Part shown: positions 10,194-21,051 of the stretch, one piece after another | Layout of the letters: the number at the start of each line of letters is the position of its first letter | Position numbering within the stretch: position 1 is the first letter of the stretch | NCBI GenBank assembly: GCA_964608025.1 | Contig: CAZSLO010000023.1 | Coordinates: 193,578 to 257,577 of the forward strand | From: an uncultured Dehalococcoidia bacterium | Lineage (GTDB): Bacteria > Chloroflexota > Dehalococcoidia > Lucifugimonadales > CAJWER01 | DNA length: 64,000 nt | Direction: 5' to 3' | The notes under the pieces: generated by a model | What the model was told of the DNA's origin: nothing | What the model saw: only the letters and a program-made list of their open reading frames with translations | The model's database searches: none | Made by a program: the position numbers and the translations under genes

Positions 10194-10994
10194 ATGCATA
10201 AATTTCCCGCTTCTTTCGAAGGGCTTCAAGCACTTATTATGCACCTACGTGGTCCAGAAGGGTGCCCTTGGGATAAAGAGCAGACTCGGGCCAGTATGAG
10301 ACAGGATGTTCTAGAAGAAACTTATGAATTCTTGGAGGCGATTGATCGGGGTGATCAAGATCAGATAATGGAAGAATTAGGCGATGTCTTGTTACAAATG
10401 GCTTTTCAAATACAGATCGCCAAAGATCAAGAGGAGTTTGATGAAAAGGATGTCTTTAAATTTCTCATAGATAAGATCGTTCGGCGTCACCCACATGTAT
10501 TCGGGGACTTGGTGGTCACTAGTACTCAGGAAGTGCTCGATAATTGGCAAGATATAAAACGTCAGGAACAGCCTAAGGAGGAAGGAAAATCTATGCTAGC
10601 TAGTATCCCTCAGGCCATGCCGGCACTTGTCCAATCTCAAAGTATTCAACAGAGGGCCGCTTCTGTAGGATTTGATTGGAATGATCTTGGGGGGGTTATT
10701 GACAAAATTGCCGAGGAAGTCTTGGAGTTGTCCGATGTAAAAGATGCAGAAGAAAGGGAGAGAGAATTCGGGGATATTCTGTTTACTATGGCCAATGCTG
10801 CTAGATGGATGAATGTTGATGCAGAAGCATCACTAAGGGGTGCTGCTGGCCGATTCCGAAGGCGCTTCGCATGCATGGAAGAGCTTGGCCGTGATCGTGG
10901 AATTGAACTAAAGGCATTGGATATACACGGTAAGGAGATGTTGTGGCAAGAATCCAAACGTCTCGTAGACCTCAATTCCAATCCGGAACAATGA
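10194..10994 (+). CDS. mazG: Nucleoside triphosphate pyrophosphohydrolase MazG
   Basis: LRGPEGCPWDKEQT, EELGDVLLQ, RRHPHVFG, GFDW, EFGDILF. Confidence 0.95.
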   Translation: MHKFPASFEGLQALIMHLRGPEGCPWDKEQTRASMRQDVLEETYEFLEAIDRGDQDQIMEELGDVLLQMAFQIQIAKDQEEFDEKDVFKFLIDKIVRRHPHVFGDLVVTSTQEVLDNWQDIKRQEQPKEEGKSMLASIPQAMPALVQSQSIQQRAASVGFDWNDLGGVIDKIAEEVLELSDVKDAEEREREFGDILFTMANAARWMNVDAEASLRGAAGRFRRRFACMEELGRDRGIELKALDIHGKEMLWQESKRLVDLNSNPEQ

Positions 10995-11140
10995 TACAGG
11001 TAAAATTGCCTTTGAGATCATCACAATATATGCGATTAATGAATTTGTTGGGCTATTGGATGTGATTTCAATTTGGCATGACTTCGGTGGAATTTTTAAT
11101 TTTCCCACCCCTTGCCCTTCCACTGGTTTATACTTCTGAT

Positions 11141-12106
11141 ATGTCACATTCACGAATAATCCATAGGTTTGTAGAATCGCCAGATGCCGCTACGTTAGAC
11201 CAACTAGAGGCCGACGCTACCGATATGGCCCGCAGCGCAGGACAAATTCTGATGAGGAATTTTGGATCCAAATTGACCATTCGTTATAAGGATCAAGAAG
11301 AGACCGATCCTGTCACGAATGTTGACACTGAGGTTCAGGAGAATATCCGACAGGCGATTCTAAAAAAATACCCCGATCACGGTGTTTTGGGTGAAGAAGA
11401 TGAGGGTTACGAAGAGGGACCAGCCCCTGATTATGTTTGGGTACTGGATCCACTGGATGGCACTAAGAATTTCATCAATGGTCTACCCATATTTGCTAGT
11501 TCTATAGGAGTTTTACATCGAGGAGTTCCCGTTGCAGGAGCTATTTTTACGCCTTGGCCAAGTGAAAAATGTGGAGTTGTAATACACGCTAGAAAAGGCG
11601 GCGACACCTATGCTAACGATGTCCGGGTAGCTGTTTCTGGCGATCGTAAGATAAAAAATAAAAAACTAATTGCTTTACCTGAATCTTTCTCACGAATATT
11701 TCGATTTAAAAAAACTATGGCTCACAATGGTGGTGAGATTAGAATTACCGGCAGCAGTGCTTACGAAATGGCAATGACTGCACGGGGTGTACTCCAGTAC
11801 TGTTTCACCGGCGCGTATCTATGGGATGTAGCTGCGGGCGTTGTGTTGGTTAATGGGGCAGGCGGGTCGGTGATGATAGGAGAGAAGATACAAAATCCGT
11901 GGTTCTTGTCAGCACAGCGGATGCGATGGACGGAACTGAAGTCTTTTTTCCCTGATGAATATGATTTGATTAAGCTTAGACAGATGCGTGAGTGGCGATC
12001 ACCTTTGGTGTCAGGAAATCGACAGATTGCTCAATATATATCTGAGAACTTGGATCTTAAGTGGAACATAAGACGACGGCTAAGAAATATGTTGCTTAGG
12101 AAATGA
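11141..12106 (+). CDS. Inositol monophosphatase family protein (start 11141 preferred over 11078)
   Basis: GEE, WVLDPLDGTKNF, WDVAAG motifs; TATACT 6 nt before ATG 11141. Confidence 0.88.
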   Translation: MSHSRIIHRFVESPDAATLDQLEADATDMARSAGQILMRNFGSKLTIRYKDQEETDPVTNVDTEVQENIRQAILKKYPDHGVLGEEDEGYEEGPAPDYVWVLDPLDGTKNFINGLPIFASSIGVLHRGVPVAGAIFTPWPSEKCGVVIHARKGGDTYANDVRVAVSGDRKIKNKKLIALPESFSRIFRFKKTMAHNGGEIRITGSSAYEMAMTARGVLQYCFTGAYLWDVAAGVVLVNGAGGSVMIGEKIQNPWFLSAQRMRWTELKSFFPDEYDLIKLRQMREWRSPLVSGNRQIAQYISENLDLKWNIRRRLRNMLLRK

Positions 12107-12165
12107 TGCCCAGAGGGTTTATATAGGGGATGATTGGTTAGCAATAAAACAGATGGGCTAGCTTT

Positions 12166-12187
12166 CCGCAATAGCATGCGGTTTTAT
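12166..12187 (+). terminator. Possible intrinsic terminator after the IMPase gene
   Basis: CCGCA-atagca-TGCGG followed by TTTTAT. Confidence 0.4.
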
Positions 12188-12314
12188 ATTTATGAACTTA
12201 TAGATATATTGCATATAATTTTGGGTCTAAATTAAGATGGACCGAGTTAGCCGGAATTTTCCCCTACTCAACATCATTTATGAAAGTTGATCCAGGGAAA
12301 TTATGAGAGCTGAT

Positions 12315-14375
12315 TCAGGAACTCGCTGCGGTTTCTTCTTCACGTTGCTCATGCTCACGCACAATTCTGTCTGTCAGATGTCCAGGCACTGGGTCGTAAT
12401 GATCAAACTTGATAGTGAATGATCCTCGTCCCTGAGTCTGGGACCTAAGGTCAGTAGCGTAACGTAACATTTCGGATTGAGGCGCCTCGGCTTCGACTAT
12501 GGTTGTACCATCGCCTTGTGAATTCATGCCGAGGATACGTGCACGCTTGCCATTTAGGTCACCCATAACATCTCCGGCATCTGAATCGGGCACTTTAACG
12601 TCAACGCGCATGATCGGCTCTAAGATTATTGGACTAGCTTTCTTAATACCATCGGATAATGCATGGCTTCCAGCTATCTCGAAGCTTACTCCCGAGGAGT
12701 CTACAGGGTGGAAGCTTCCATCGAAAAGTGTGGCCTTGACATCAACCACTGGATACCCTGCTATTGACCCGGAGATGAGAGCCTGTCTGCAACCCTTTTC
12801 CACCGAAGGTATATATTCTCTGGGAACCGATCCGCCAACCACCTTTTGCTCGAAATCGAACCCGTCACCTCTACCAAGGGGCTCTATATCTAAATATACA
12901 TGCCCGAACTGTCCGTGTCCTCCAGACTGTTTCTTGTGGCGGTACTCTACTTGTGTTTGGGTGGTAATTGTCTCCTTGTAAGCTACCCTCGGAGTTTTTA
13001 ACTCCAGTTCAACACCAAATTTCCTCTGCATTTTTTCTACTGCTACTTCGACGTGAACGTCACCTAGACCTCCTAGAAGGAGTTCTCCAGTATCGGGCTG
13101 GCGGTCTACACTGAGACTGGGATCCTCTTCAGTGATTCTTGCCAAGGCAGTAGTTATCTTGTCGACATCGGCTTTTGATTTAGGGTATGTGGCCATTTGG
13201 TATATTGGCGTTGGGAAAGAGAAGGAAGGTATCACGAATGGTTTTCCCTTCTCGGTCAAAGTGTCACCGGTTAAGGTAGTGGATAGTTTAGCGACTGCGC
13301 CTATATCACCAGGGGCTAGATAATCGATAGCTTCCTGATCCTTCCCGGTCAGGACGTATAATTGGCCGACACGTTCTGCTTCATCCTGGGTGGCATTCCA
13401 TACCTGCTGGTCGCTCTTGAATGTTCCACTGACGATTCTGATATACGATAGTTTGCCCACGAAAGGATCCGCAGCTGTCTTGAATACTGATGCTGCAACT
13501 GGACCTCCCTTCTCAGCGGTTAGTGGTATCTCTTGGTTGGAAGAGCCGTCTTTTACAACAACTGGCTTGCCTTCTAGAGGGGATGGGAAAGCCTCGACAA
13601 TTATATCCATTAGTTCCTTGGCGCCGGTCCCTGAGCCAGCTGCTCCGAACATAACTGGGACTATAGCACCAGAGGATATGCCCTTTTTTAAGCCTTGGGA
13701 GATTTCTTCTTCCGTTAGTTCTTCTCCCTCAAGATATTTTAGGGTTAGGTCGTCATCTGTTTCTACAACTGCCTCGATCAATTTCTCCCGGGCATCGTCA
13801 AATCCTGCACGAAGTTCGTCAGGTACTCCTGAAGGATCACCCAAAATATCAATAATTCCAGAAAAGCTATCTTCTGTACCTATCGGCAATTGTATTGCAA
13901 GACAACTTCGTCCAAATGCCTCTACCAATCCATCAATCGCTACTTGATAGTTTGTATTCTCACGATCCATCTTGTTTACAAACACTATTCGAGGGAGTTC
14001 GAGTTCGTTAGCCATCTGCCACATCTGGTGTGTACCAACTTCAACACCTGCTGAAGCATCTATGACGATGATTGCAGATTCGGCGATCCGAATTGCCGAT
14101 ATGACTTCTCCCCGGTAATCTGCATATCCAGGGGTATCTATGACGTTGATCTTATGATCCTTCCATAAACATGGGAGTATCGACGTTTGAACACTATTGG
14201 AGCGTTTCTGTTCCTCGGGCTCGTAGTCGGATGTCGTTGTGCCATCGTCGGTTTTGCCTAGCCGGTTAATGATTCCGGAACCAAATAACATCGCTTCAGC
14301 CAGCATGGTTTTACCAGCTCCACTGTGGGACATAAGAACTGTGTTACGTAGATCTTTGGTATCCGTTGTAGCCAT
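12315..14375 (-). CDS. fusA: Elongation factor G paralogue (EF-G-like, outside the str operon)
   Basis: SHSGAGKT, DTPGYADY, NKMD, KKQSGGHGQFG, DGSFHPVDSS; no rpsL/rpsG/tuf neighbours. Confidence 0.9.
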   Translation of the reverse strand: MATTDTKDLRNTVLMSHSGAGKTMLAEAMLFGSGIINRLGKTDDGTTTSDYEPEEQKRSNSVQTSILPCLWKDHKINVIDTPGYADYRGEVISAIRIAESAIIVIDASAGVEVGTHQMWQMANELELPRIVFVNKMDRENTNYQVAIDGLVEAFGRSCLAIQLPIGTEDSFSGIIDILGDPSGVPDELRAGFDDAREKLIEAVVETDDDLTLKYLEGEELTEEEISQGLKKGISSGAIVPVMFGAAGSGTGAKELMDIIVEAFPSPLEGKPVVVKDGSSNQEIPLTAEKGGPVAASVFKTAADPFVGKLSYIRIVSGTFKSDQQVWNATQDEAERVGQLYVLTGKDQEAIDYLAPGDIGAVAKLSTTLTGDTLTEKGKPFVIPSFSFPTPIYQMATYPKSKADVDKITTALARITEEDPSLSVDRQPDTGELLLGGLGDVHVEVAVEKMQRKFGVELELKTPRVAYKETITTQTQVEYRHKKQSGGHGQFGHVYLDIEPLGRGDGFDFEQKVVGGSVPREYIPSVEKGCRQALISGSIAGYPVVDVKATLFDGSFHPVDSSGVSFEIAGSHALSDGIKKASPIILEPIMRVDVKVPDSDAGDVMGDLNGKRARILGMNSQGDGTTIVEAEAPQSEMLRYATDLRSQTQGRGSFTIKFDHYDPVPGHLTDRIVREHEQREEETAASS

Positions 14376-14518
14376 CAAAAACTCCTATCCGAATATTTAA
14401 TATCGGTTAATGAATTGCAATAATAACTAGACCTTTCTTCAAATATATTCAAGGAAACTTGCCGGTTCTTGGTATCAGCTAAATATCCCTAAACAAATTG
14501 CTGTGAACATGACAAACC

Positions 14519-14611
14519 CTACCATCCTTTTCTACGTTTGCCACACTTGGCGCAAAACACATCACGGGTAGGCGGATTTTCTTGTCCGCAGTTCTCGCAT
14601 TGCCATAGCAT
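14519..14611 (-). CDS. 30-aa RanBP2-like zinc-finger microprotein MLWQCENCGQENPPTRDVFCAKCGKRRKGW
   Basis: AAGGAGG SD 8 nt before ATG 14611; W-x-C-x2-C-x3-N-x7-C-x2-C; upstream promoter. Confidence 0.75.
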   Translation of the reverse strand: MLWQCENCGQENPPTRDVFCAKCGKRRKGW

Positions 14612-14642
14612 CGCCAATTCCTCCTTGGGCGAATTGGCATAT

Positions 14643-14671
14643 AGGGTAGTCAGACAATGCGAGAGCGTCAA
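14643..14671 (-). promoter_or_regulatory. Sigma70-type promoter of the zinc-finger microprotein gene
   Basis: TTGACG (14671-14666), 17 nt, TACCCT (14648-14643). Confidence 0.6.
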
Positions 14672-14792
14672 CTTTATATGTTGGGTGGCAGGGACTTGCA
14701 TAGGTGATCCTAGTACAGGTAGATTACTTTAAATAGTGGTGGATTTAGAATCAGGACCCAAACTTACGGTGTGTCCAACTGGAGGGAATTTG

Positions 14793-15062
14793 ATGCAGTT
14801 GTATTGGAGAGAAGCTCGGAAAGGACAGCGGCTTATTCTTCTGATGGATGATGGACATGAAGAAGAAGTCGGCGGTGTTCGTCAAACTAAAAGAGGCTTT
14901 GATGCCTTTGCCCAGACATTTGGATACGATCCTGGTCGTGCGGAAAAGGGTATGCCGACCATGCAAGAAGCCAAGGATTTCGTTGAAAGCTTTAGCCCTT
15001 GGGAATTACATGGCGCTATGGATGTCACGGTAGATACCGAGATCCGAAAAGCGTCTGGGTAG
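14793..15062 (+). CDS. Hypothetical protein (89 aa)
   Basis: GGAGG SD before ATG 14793; globular-looking sequence MQLYWREARKGQRL...; stop 8 nt before npdG. Confidence 0.75.
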   Translation: MQLYWREARKGQRLILLMDDGHEEEVGGVRQTKRGFDAFAQTFGYDPGRAEKGMPTMQEAKDFVESFSPWELHGAMDVTVDTEIRKASG

Positions 15063-15070
15063 GTCAAGGA

Positions 15071-15715
15071 ATGATCGGATTTCTTGGGGGCACCGGTCCT
15101 GAAGGTATGGGGCTTGCGCTACGATTTGCGCTTGCGGGAGAGGATATTATTATTGGCTCTCGTGAAGTAGGTAAAGCGGGTAATGTTGCTAGGCGAATTA
15201 CCGAACAAGCACCTGGATCAATGGTAGTCGGAGGACTAAATAATCAGGTTGCGGATCAGGCGGATATTGTATTCGTGACACTCCCTTACCTAGCCCAGAA
15301 ACCAATTCTTCAGTGCCTGCCATCCCAGCTTGACGACAAAATTGTTGTGGATGTAGTTGCGCCACTAAAGTTTAGCAAGGATGGCGTGTCGGCATTGTCT
15401 GTGTCAGAAGGATCAGCCGCTCTTCAAGCCCAAGAAATACTAGTCAAATCCAGAGTAGTGGCAGCGTTCCAGACAATTAGCGCGCATGATCTTCTAGATT
15501 ATAACCAGAGGGTGGAATCTGACGTTATAGTTTGCGGAGACCATGAAAAAGATAAGCTTCGTGTCATAAAATTGAGCGAGAAAATCAATGGAATTCGCGG
15601 AATTGACGGGGGCGGATTAGCTAACTCTGGTTACGTTGAGAATATTACTGCCTTGTTATTGAACATCAATCGGAAATACAAGGCTAGGACTGCGATCAGG
15701 ATTGTAGGAATATAG
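15071..15715 (+). CDS. npdG: F420-dependent NADP+ oxidoreductase (Fno/NpdG)
   Basis: MIGFLGGTGPEGMGLALRFA, IIIGSR, GSAA, VVAAFQTISA, DVIVCGD, IDGGGLANS; AAGGA immediately before ATG. Confidence 0.9.
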   Translation: MIGFLGGTGPEGMGLALRFALAGEDIIIGSREVGKAGNVARRITEQAPGSMVVGGLNNQVADQADIVFVTLPYLAQKPILQCLPSQLDDKIVVDVVAPLKFSKDGVSALSVSEGSAALQAQEILVKSRVVAAFQTISAHDLLDYNQRVESDVIVCGDHEKDKLRVIKLSEKINGIRGIDGGGLANSGYVENITALLLNINRKYKARTAIRIVGI

Positions 15716-15773
15716 TTTGGACTAGAGATGTGTTTGGGAGAATGTACCCACCAGCTGGAAATGGTTTACTCAA

Positions 15774-16997
15774 ATGAAAGCCTTGATTCTTATCGCAACA
15801 GCTGGAACAACCTTGATATTGACCAGTTTGCCAGTTACTGGATCCGATGTCGCACAAAATCAGTCAATCCGAGTTGTAGCCAAAGAACATAAAATTGTCT
15901 TTCCTGACAGATTGATATTTCGGCTACAGGCTGAATCCAACAAACCGATCACTGGAGTAGAAATTTTCTATAGGATCAGTGGAAGTTCTGTTCAAAGCTA
16001 TGGATACCCCACTTTCACTCCCGGGACAAATGTGATGACTGAATTCAGCATCAAGACCTCCGGTACGAGTTACATCCCTAGTGGATTACACATCGAATAT
16101 TTCTATAGAATTACTGATTCGACTGGGAATTTACTAGAGACCGAACAGGCGTCTATTGCATATAGAGATCCTGCGTATGCTTGGCAGGAGTTGAATCACG
16201 GTGATTTGGTTGTGGTTTGGCATGATATCAATAGGAAACATGTCGAAAAAATTGTTCTTGAGGCTGAGAAGCGGCTAGTTCAAGCCAAAGCTTTCTTTGG
16301 GATAGATAACGCTACTGAGATGAAAGCCATAATAGTTAATAATACTCGTGAAGCCCAGAGTACGTTCCCGTTTTCTAGCGATATGGCTAAGCGGAGGCAT
16401 ATCTTTGGCGGATTTGCTTTCGGGGAATATGGCTTGTTCATGATGCATGGTATTAATGTGGATACTATGGTTCACGAAGCCACTCACTTACTGCTCAATC
16501 AGTTAACCAATTCTAAAAGAACACGAATGCCAGATTGGCTTAATGAAGGACTTGCTATGCAATTTGAGAGTAATCCAGGTGTACATATTGCAACCGTTAG
16601 GAATGCCGTCCTTAAAGATCGATTACTAAAGCTTAAGAACATGGGCTCAGTACCGGGAAAGCCTCAAGATATCAGGATATTCTATGCACAGTCTTGGAGT
16701 ACTGTGAATTACTTAATTGCTAATTATGGACGTGATCGGATTAGAAGCTTGTTGACGATGATCAATTCGGGAGAGAAGGTAGAAAGAGCACTGGGATTGG
16801 TCTATGGGATCTCAATCGATGAACTGGACATGTTATGGCGCGAACGACTGATCAATGAGGCTATCGTTGGTCCCAAGGTCGACTCAGACGATAGCAGAAT
16901 CCACATTTTAATTTACGGAATGGCGGTATTAGCTATAGTTGTTACAACGTCATATGGGTTATGGCAACTGTACCGAATGTTCTTGCGATCCAACTGA
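15774..16997 (+). CDS. Secreted, membrane-anchored peptidase MA-family metalloprotease
   Basis: Signal peptide, HEATH...WLNEGLA gluzincin motif, FYAQSWS, C-terminal TM helix. Confidence 0.85.
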   Translation: MKALILIATAGTTLILTSLPVTGSDVAQNQSIRVVAKEHKIVFPDRLIFRLQAESNKPITGVEIFYRISGSSVQSYGYPTFTPGTNVMTEFSIKTSGTSYIPSGLHIEYFYRITDSTGNLLETEQASIAYRDPAYAWQELNHGDLVVVWHDINRKHVEKIVLEAEKRLVQAKAFFGIDNATEMKAIIVNNTREAQSTFPFSSDMAKRRHIFGGFAFGEYGLFMMHGINVDTMVHEATHLLLNQLTNSKRTRMPDWLNEGLAMQFESNPGVHIATVRNAVLKDRLLKLKNMGSVPGKPQDIRIFYAQSWSTVNYLIANYGRDRIRSLLTMINSGEKVERALGLVYGISIDELDMLWRERLINEAIVGPKVDSDDSRIHILIYGMAVLAIVVTTSYGLWQLYRMFLRSN

Positions 16998-17189
16998 ACG
17001 ATTACTGACCTTTTAATAACTTAATAGAGGATAAAGGTCCGACGATTATTGGGGAATATATGCCCCAATTGAATAGTAGAATTCTTGGCCCAACAATTTA
17101 CTGACTTCGACGTGGTATTTTTCTCTACGATAATAAGATAAATATCTTTTCAACGATGACTAAGAAGCCTTAAAAGAATAAAAACCACG

Positions 17190-18317
17190 ATGTCTAAACC
17201 CGCCATTTTTGTCTATAGTGAAGATCTCTCGAGGCATATTCTTAGTAGTACTCATCCACTTAAGCCGATAAGGTTACGAGATACGTACCAGCTTCTCAAT
17301 TCATATGAAGTTTTCTCGGAATCCTCCGCATTACTCGTCGAGCCTAGAGTTGCTATGGACGATGAAATCCTTCTTTACCATACCCCTGAGTATTTAGATT
17401 GTGTCCGGAGGATTAGTAATAACGATTACTCCGTGAACCCACTTAGATTCAGGCTCGGTACCAGCGATAACCCGATCTTTGATGGGATATATGAAGCAGC
17501 ACAGTTGTCTACCGGAGCTACCATGAAGGCTGTTGATTTGCTCTTAGATGACCAGTGTGACGTAGCCTTTAATATTTCAGGAGGACTTCACCACGCTATG
17601 CCAGGATATGCTTCTGGATTTTGCGTTTTCAATGATCCGGTCTTAGCTATCAAAGCAATGGTGAAAAGGGGCCTCAAGGTAGCCTATGTTGATATTGACT
17701 GTCACCATGGGGATGGTGTTCAGCATGCCTTTTACGATACAGACTCGGTGTTGACTATATCCATTCACGAATCTGGGGAATTTCTGTTCCCAGGGACAGG
17801 GTTCACCAATGAGACGGGGACTGGAAAAGGCCGGGGGTATTCAGTAAATCTACCCCTGTTCGTTTACACAGGCGATGATGTATATATGTGGGCTTTTGAG
17901 CAAGTGGTGCCGCCCTTGATAGATGCATTTAAGCCCGATGTTCTTGTTTCCCAACTAGGCATAGATACTCATTTCCGTGATCCGATTACCCATTTAGCAC
18001 TCACTGTTCAAGGTTTCACCAAGGCAGTAACCCATTTTGTAGATAAGACACCTAAATGGCTGGCACTTGGCGGTGGGGGTTATGATATCCAAGCAGTGGC
18101 CCGGGCTTGGGCGTCCGCATATGGTGTTATGACTGGACAGGAATTACCTGATGAAATTCACGAATCTTATTCTAATGGACGGAATGTCGTATTCCTCTCT
18201 GACAAGGATACGATAAATGATGTAGGTGCCTTCCAGAAGGACGCGAGGACATTTGCAGAGGCAAGCGTCAAGTCTATCCAGAAAGCAGTTTTCCCGACCC
18301 ACAGTATATCGTCTTAG
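17190..18317 (+). CDS. acuC: AcuC/histone-deacetylase-family Zn deacetylase
   Basis: HPLKPIR, GGLHHA, SGFCVFND, YVDIDCHHGDG, GIDTHFRDP, LGGGGY. Confidence 0.88.
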   Translation: MSKPAIFVYSEDLSRHILSSTHPLKPIRLRDTYQLLNSYEVFSESSALLVEPRVAMDDEILLYHTPEYLDCVRRISNNDYSVNPLRFRLGTSDNPIFDGIYEAAQLSTGATMKAVDLLLDDQCDVAFNISGGLHHAMPGYASGFCVFNDPVLAIKAMVKRGLKVAYVDIDCHHGDGVQHAFYDTDSVLTISIHESGEFLFPGTGFTNETGTGKGRGYSVNLPLFVYTGDDVYMWAFEQVVPPLIDAFKPDVLVSQLGIDTHFRDPITHLALTVQGFTKAVTHFVDKTPKWLALGGGGYDIQAVARAWASAYGVMTGQELPDEIHESYSNGRNVVFLSDKDTINDVGAFQKDARTFAEASVKSIQKAVFPTHSISS

Positions 18318-18449
18318 CCAAGCACATCTGATTTTTGTAAGCGTGGCACATCGAAAATAAACTGAATCTTTGAATATAGGCCGCCGCGTTTCCTATTCAC
18401 TGTGGTTGATATTTACAACAATGTACGGATTGTCATCTAGGTGATCCGA

Positions 18450-18477
18450 TAAACGGAGCCTTTCTGGGAAGGACTCC
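18450..18477 (-). terminator. Intrinsic terminator after dnaK
   Basis: Minus strand GGAG-T-CCTT-cccaga-AAGG-CTCC then GTTTA, about 20 nt after the stop. Confidence 0.55.
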
Positions 18478-18496
18478 TGAAAGCTCGTAATAGGTT

Positions 18497-20398
18497 CTAG
18501 ACTTCTCGATACTCACCCTCTACCGTGTTACTGGGATCATCTTTTCCGTCCTCGTCTTCGGTACTCGGAGGGGCAGTGTCTCCTGGACCCTCGGTCTGGC
18601 TGTAGATACTTTCGCCAACCTTCTGTACAGATGCCTGCAGAGTCTCCATTGCAGAATTGACTGCTGATATTTCCTCGCCAGTCAATGCATCACGCACGGC
18701 CTGAACGTTCGTTGTGATCTCTTCTTTTAGATCTTCTGGAATTTTATCCTCGTTTTCAGAGAGTAATTTTTCGGCTGCGTAAGTCGTGCTATCGGCTGTG
18801 TTTCGAATCTCGATCTCCTCACGTTTCTGCCTATCTTCCTCGGCATGAGATTCTGCATCTTTGACCATCTCATCGATCTCGGTATCCGATAGCCCCGAGC
18901 TGGCAGTGATAGTGATCTTCTGTTCCTTTCCGGTGCCTTTATCCTTGGCAGCTACTTCTAGAATGCCATCGGCGTTAATATCGAAAGTTACCTCGATCTG
19001 CGGAGTCCCCCGGGGCGCAGGTAATATGCCATCGAGCATAAATCTACCGATTGTTTTATTTTCGGATGCCATGGAGCGTTCCCCTTGGAGCACGTGTACT
19101 TCAACGCTTGTCTGGCCATCGGCAGCTGTACTGAAAGTCTCTGTCTTGGCTGTCGGAATTGTAGTGTTTCTTTCTATTAATGACGTAGTAACACCTCCAA
19201 GAGTTTCGATGCCGAGAGTAAGCGGAGTAACGTCCAGTAATAGTAAGTCATCGACCTCTTTTGTTAGCACTCCCGCTTGAATCGCTGCGCCAGCTGCTAC
19301 AACCTCGTCGGGATTAACCCCTTGGTGGGGCTCTTTTCCAAACAGGTCGACAACGGCTTTTTGGACCGCAGGCATACGAGTCATACCACCCACAAGGATA
19401 ATTTCGTCAATATCTTTGGGAGCAATCCCTGCGTCAGTTAGAGCTTTCTTACATGGTGCTATAGAGTTTTGAACCAAGTCGCCAACTAATTGCTCCAACT
19501 TAGATCGGGACAGGGTCATGACTAGATGTTTTGGTCCAGACGCGTCAGCGGTAATAAAAGGGAGATTGATTTCCGTTTCCATCAGGGTTGTCAGTTCTAC
19601 TTTGGCACGTTCTGCGGACTCTCGGAGTCGCTGTAATGCCATTCGGTCTTGCTTCAGATCAATGCCCTGTTCCTTGAGAAATTCGGCCACGATCCAGTCC
19701 ATTATTCGTTGGTCAAAATCATCGCCGCCCAAATGTGTATCACCGTTGGTAGCCTTAACTTCGAAAACCCCGTCGCCAATTTGGAGAATGGTTATGTCGA
19801 ATGTTCCTCCACCTAGATCGTAGACGGCAATCTTCTGGTCGGTCTTCTTATCGAGCCCATAAGCGAGCGAGGCGGCCGTTGGTTCATTAATGATCCGCAG
19901 GATTTCGAGTCCAGCTATACGGCCGGCATCTTTAGTTGCGTTCCTTTGGCTGTCGTTAAAATAGGCTGGTACAGTGACTACGGCTTGGGATATGCTCTCG
20001 CCTAGCTTGGCCTCAGCATCTGCCTTCATCTTCTGGAGAATCATAGCTGAGATTTCAGGAGGCGCGTAGTTCTTTTCTGCCATCAGAACATGGGCATCTC
20101 CGTTGGAGTGTTTTTCGACCTTGAAAGGTACGAGTTTTATGTCACGTTGTACGTTTTCATCATCGTAACGGCGACCCATAAACCGCTTTACTGAAAATAC
20201 GGTGTTGTCAGGATTAGTAACGGCCTGACGTTTTGCTGTCATGCCTACATACCGCTCTTCCGAAGTCTGATTGATTGCCACGACGGATGGGGTAGTGCGC
20301 GCGCCGTCCCCGTTTTCCAAGACACGAGGCTCGCCAGCTTCGATGATTGCCATACAAGAATTGGTTGTACCCAGGTCAATTCCTAGAACCTTAGGCAT
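18497..20398 (-). CDS. dnaK: Chaperone DnaK (Hsp70)
   Basis: [36 protein letters not shown]; AAGGAG SD before ATG 20398. Confidence 0.98.
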   Translation of the reverse strand: MPKVLGIDLGTTNSCMAIIEAGEPRVLENGDGARTTPSVVAINQTSEERYVGMTAKRQAVTNPDNTVFSVKRFMGRRYDDENVQRDIKLVPFKVEKHSNGDAHVLMAEKNYAPPEISAMILQKMKADAEAKLGESISQAVVTVPAYFNDSQRNATKDAGRIAGLEILRIINEPTAASLAYGLDKKTDQKIAVYDLGGGTFDITILQIGDGVFEVKATNGDTHLGGDDFDQRIMDWIVAEFLKEQGIDLKQDRMALQRLRESAERAKVELTTLMETEINLPFITADASGPKHLVMTLSRSKLEQLVGDLVQNSIAPCKKALTDAGIAPKDIDEIILVGGMTRMPAVQKAVVDLFGKEPHQGVNPDEVVAAGAAIQAGVLTKEVDDLLLLDVTPLTLGIETLGGVTTSLIERNTTIPTAKTETFSTAADGQTSVEVHVLQGERSMASENKTIGRFMLDGILPAPRGTPQIEVTFDINADGILEVAAKDKGTGKEQKITITASSGLSDTEIDEMVKDAESHAEEDRQKREEIEIRNTADSTTYAAEKLLSENEDKIPEDLKEEITTNVQAVRDALTGEEISAVNSAMETLQASVQKVGESIYSQTEGPGDTAPPSTEDEDGKDDPSNTVEGEYREV

Positions 20399-20993
20399 TA
20401 TTTTCTCCTTCACTTTCGTCAGAATGTTGATTTGCTTGTTTTGCAACTACGACCTGTGCTGGTCTAAGTACCCGGTCTCGCTGCATATAACCTTCTCTAA
20501 TGACTCGTATAACTTCGTCTTCAGCCGCAGAATCGGAATCTTCGTATATCAAGGCCTCAGTGTCCCGTGGGTCAAATTTTCTACCCACTGCATCTATTCT
20601 TTTCACTCCCTCAGCCTCTAACATTGTCTGCATTCCTTTGTGTACCAACTGTAAGCCTTCAAGCCATCCTGGTGCCACAGCGTCATCTGGAATTAGAGCC
20701 ATTGCCCGCTCAAAGTCATCTATTACTGAGAGTACCTTCAAGAGTAGGCCGGTGTTGGCATTACGTCTAGTCTCTTCTATTTCGTCGGTGGCTCGTTTCC
20801 TATAGTTCATGAGATCAGCCTGGGCTCTCTGCGCGATCAGCTTGAACTGGTCTATCTCCCTTATAGCTTCAGAAAGCTGCTCGGCCAACTGGGAGTGTGC
20901 ATCTGATACTTCATCCTCTACTTGCGGATATGACTCTTCCCCATTGACTATCTCCTGGTTGTCGTCCCCACTAGATTTTTCACCTTCAATCAT
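20391..20993 (-). CDS. grpE: Nucleotide exchange factor GrpE
   Basis: [23 protein letters not shown]...[10 protein letters not shown]; overlaps dnaK start. Confidence 0.95.
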   Translation of the reverse strand: MIEGEKSSGDDNQEIVNGEESYPQVEDEVSDAHSQLAEQLSEAIREIDQFKLIAQRAQADLMNYRKRATDEIEETRRNANTGLLLKVLSVIDDFERAMALIPDDAVAPGWLEGLQLVHKGMQTMLEAEGVKRIDAVGRKFDPRDTEALIYEDSDSAAEDEVIRVIREGYMQRDRVLRPAQVVVAKQANQHSDESEGENNA

Positions 20994-21051
20994 TGCGTAG
21001 TCCGTGCATATGTTTCACTTGATGCCTCGTTTAAGTTCGGGATGAGTTATA

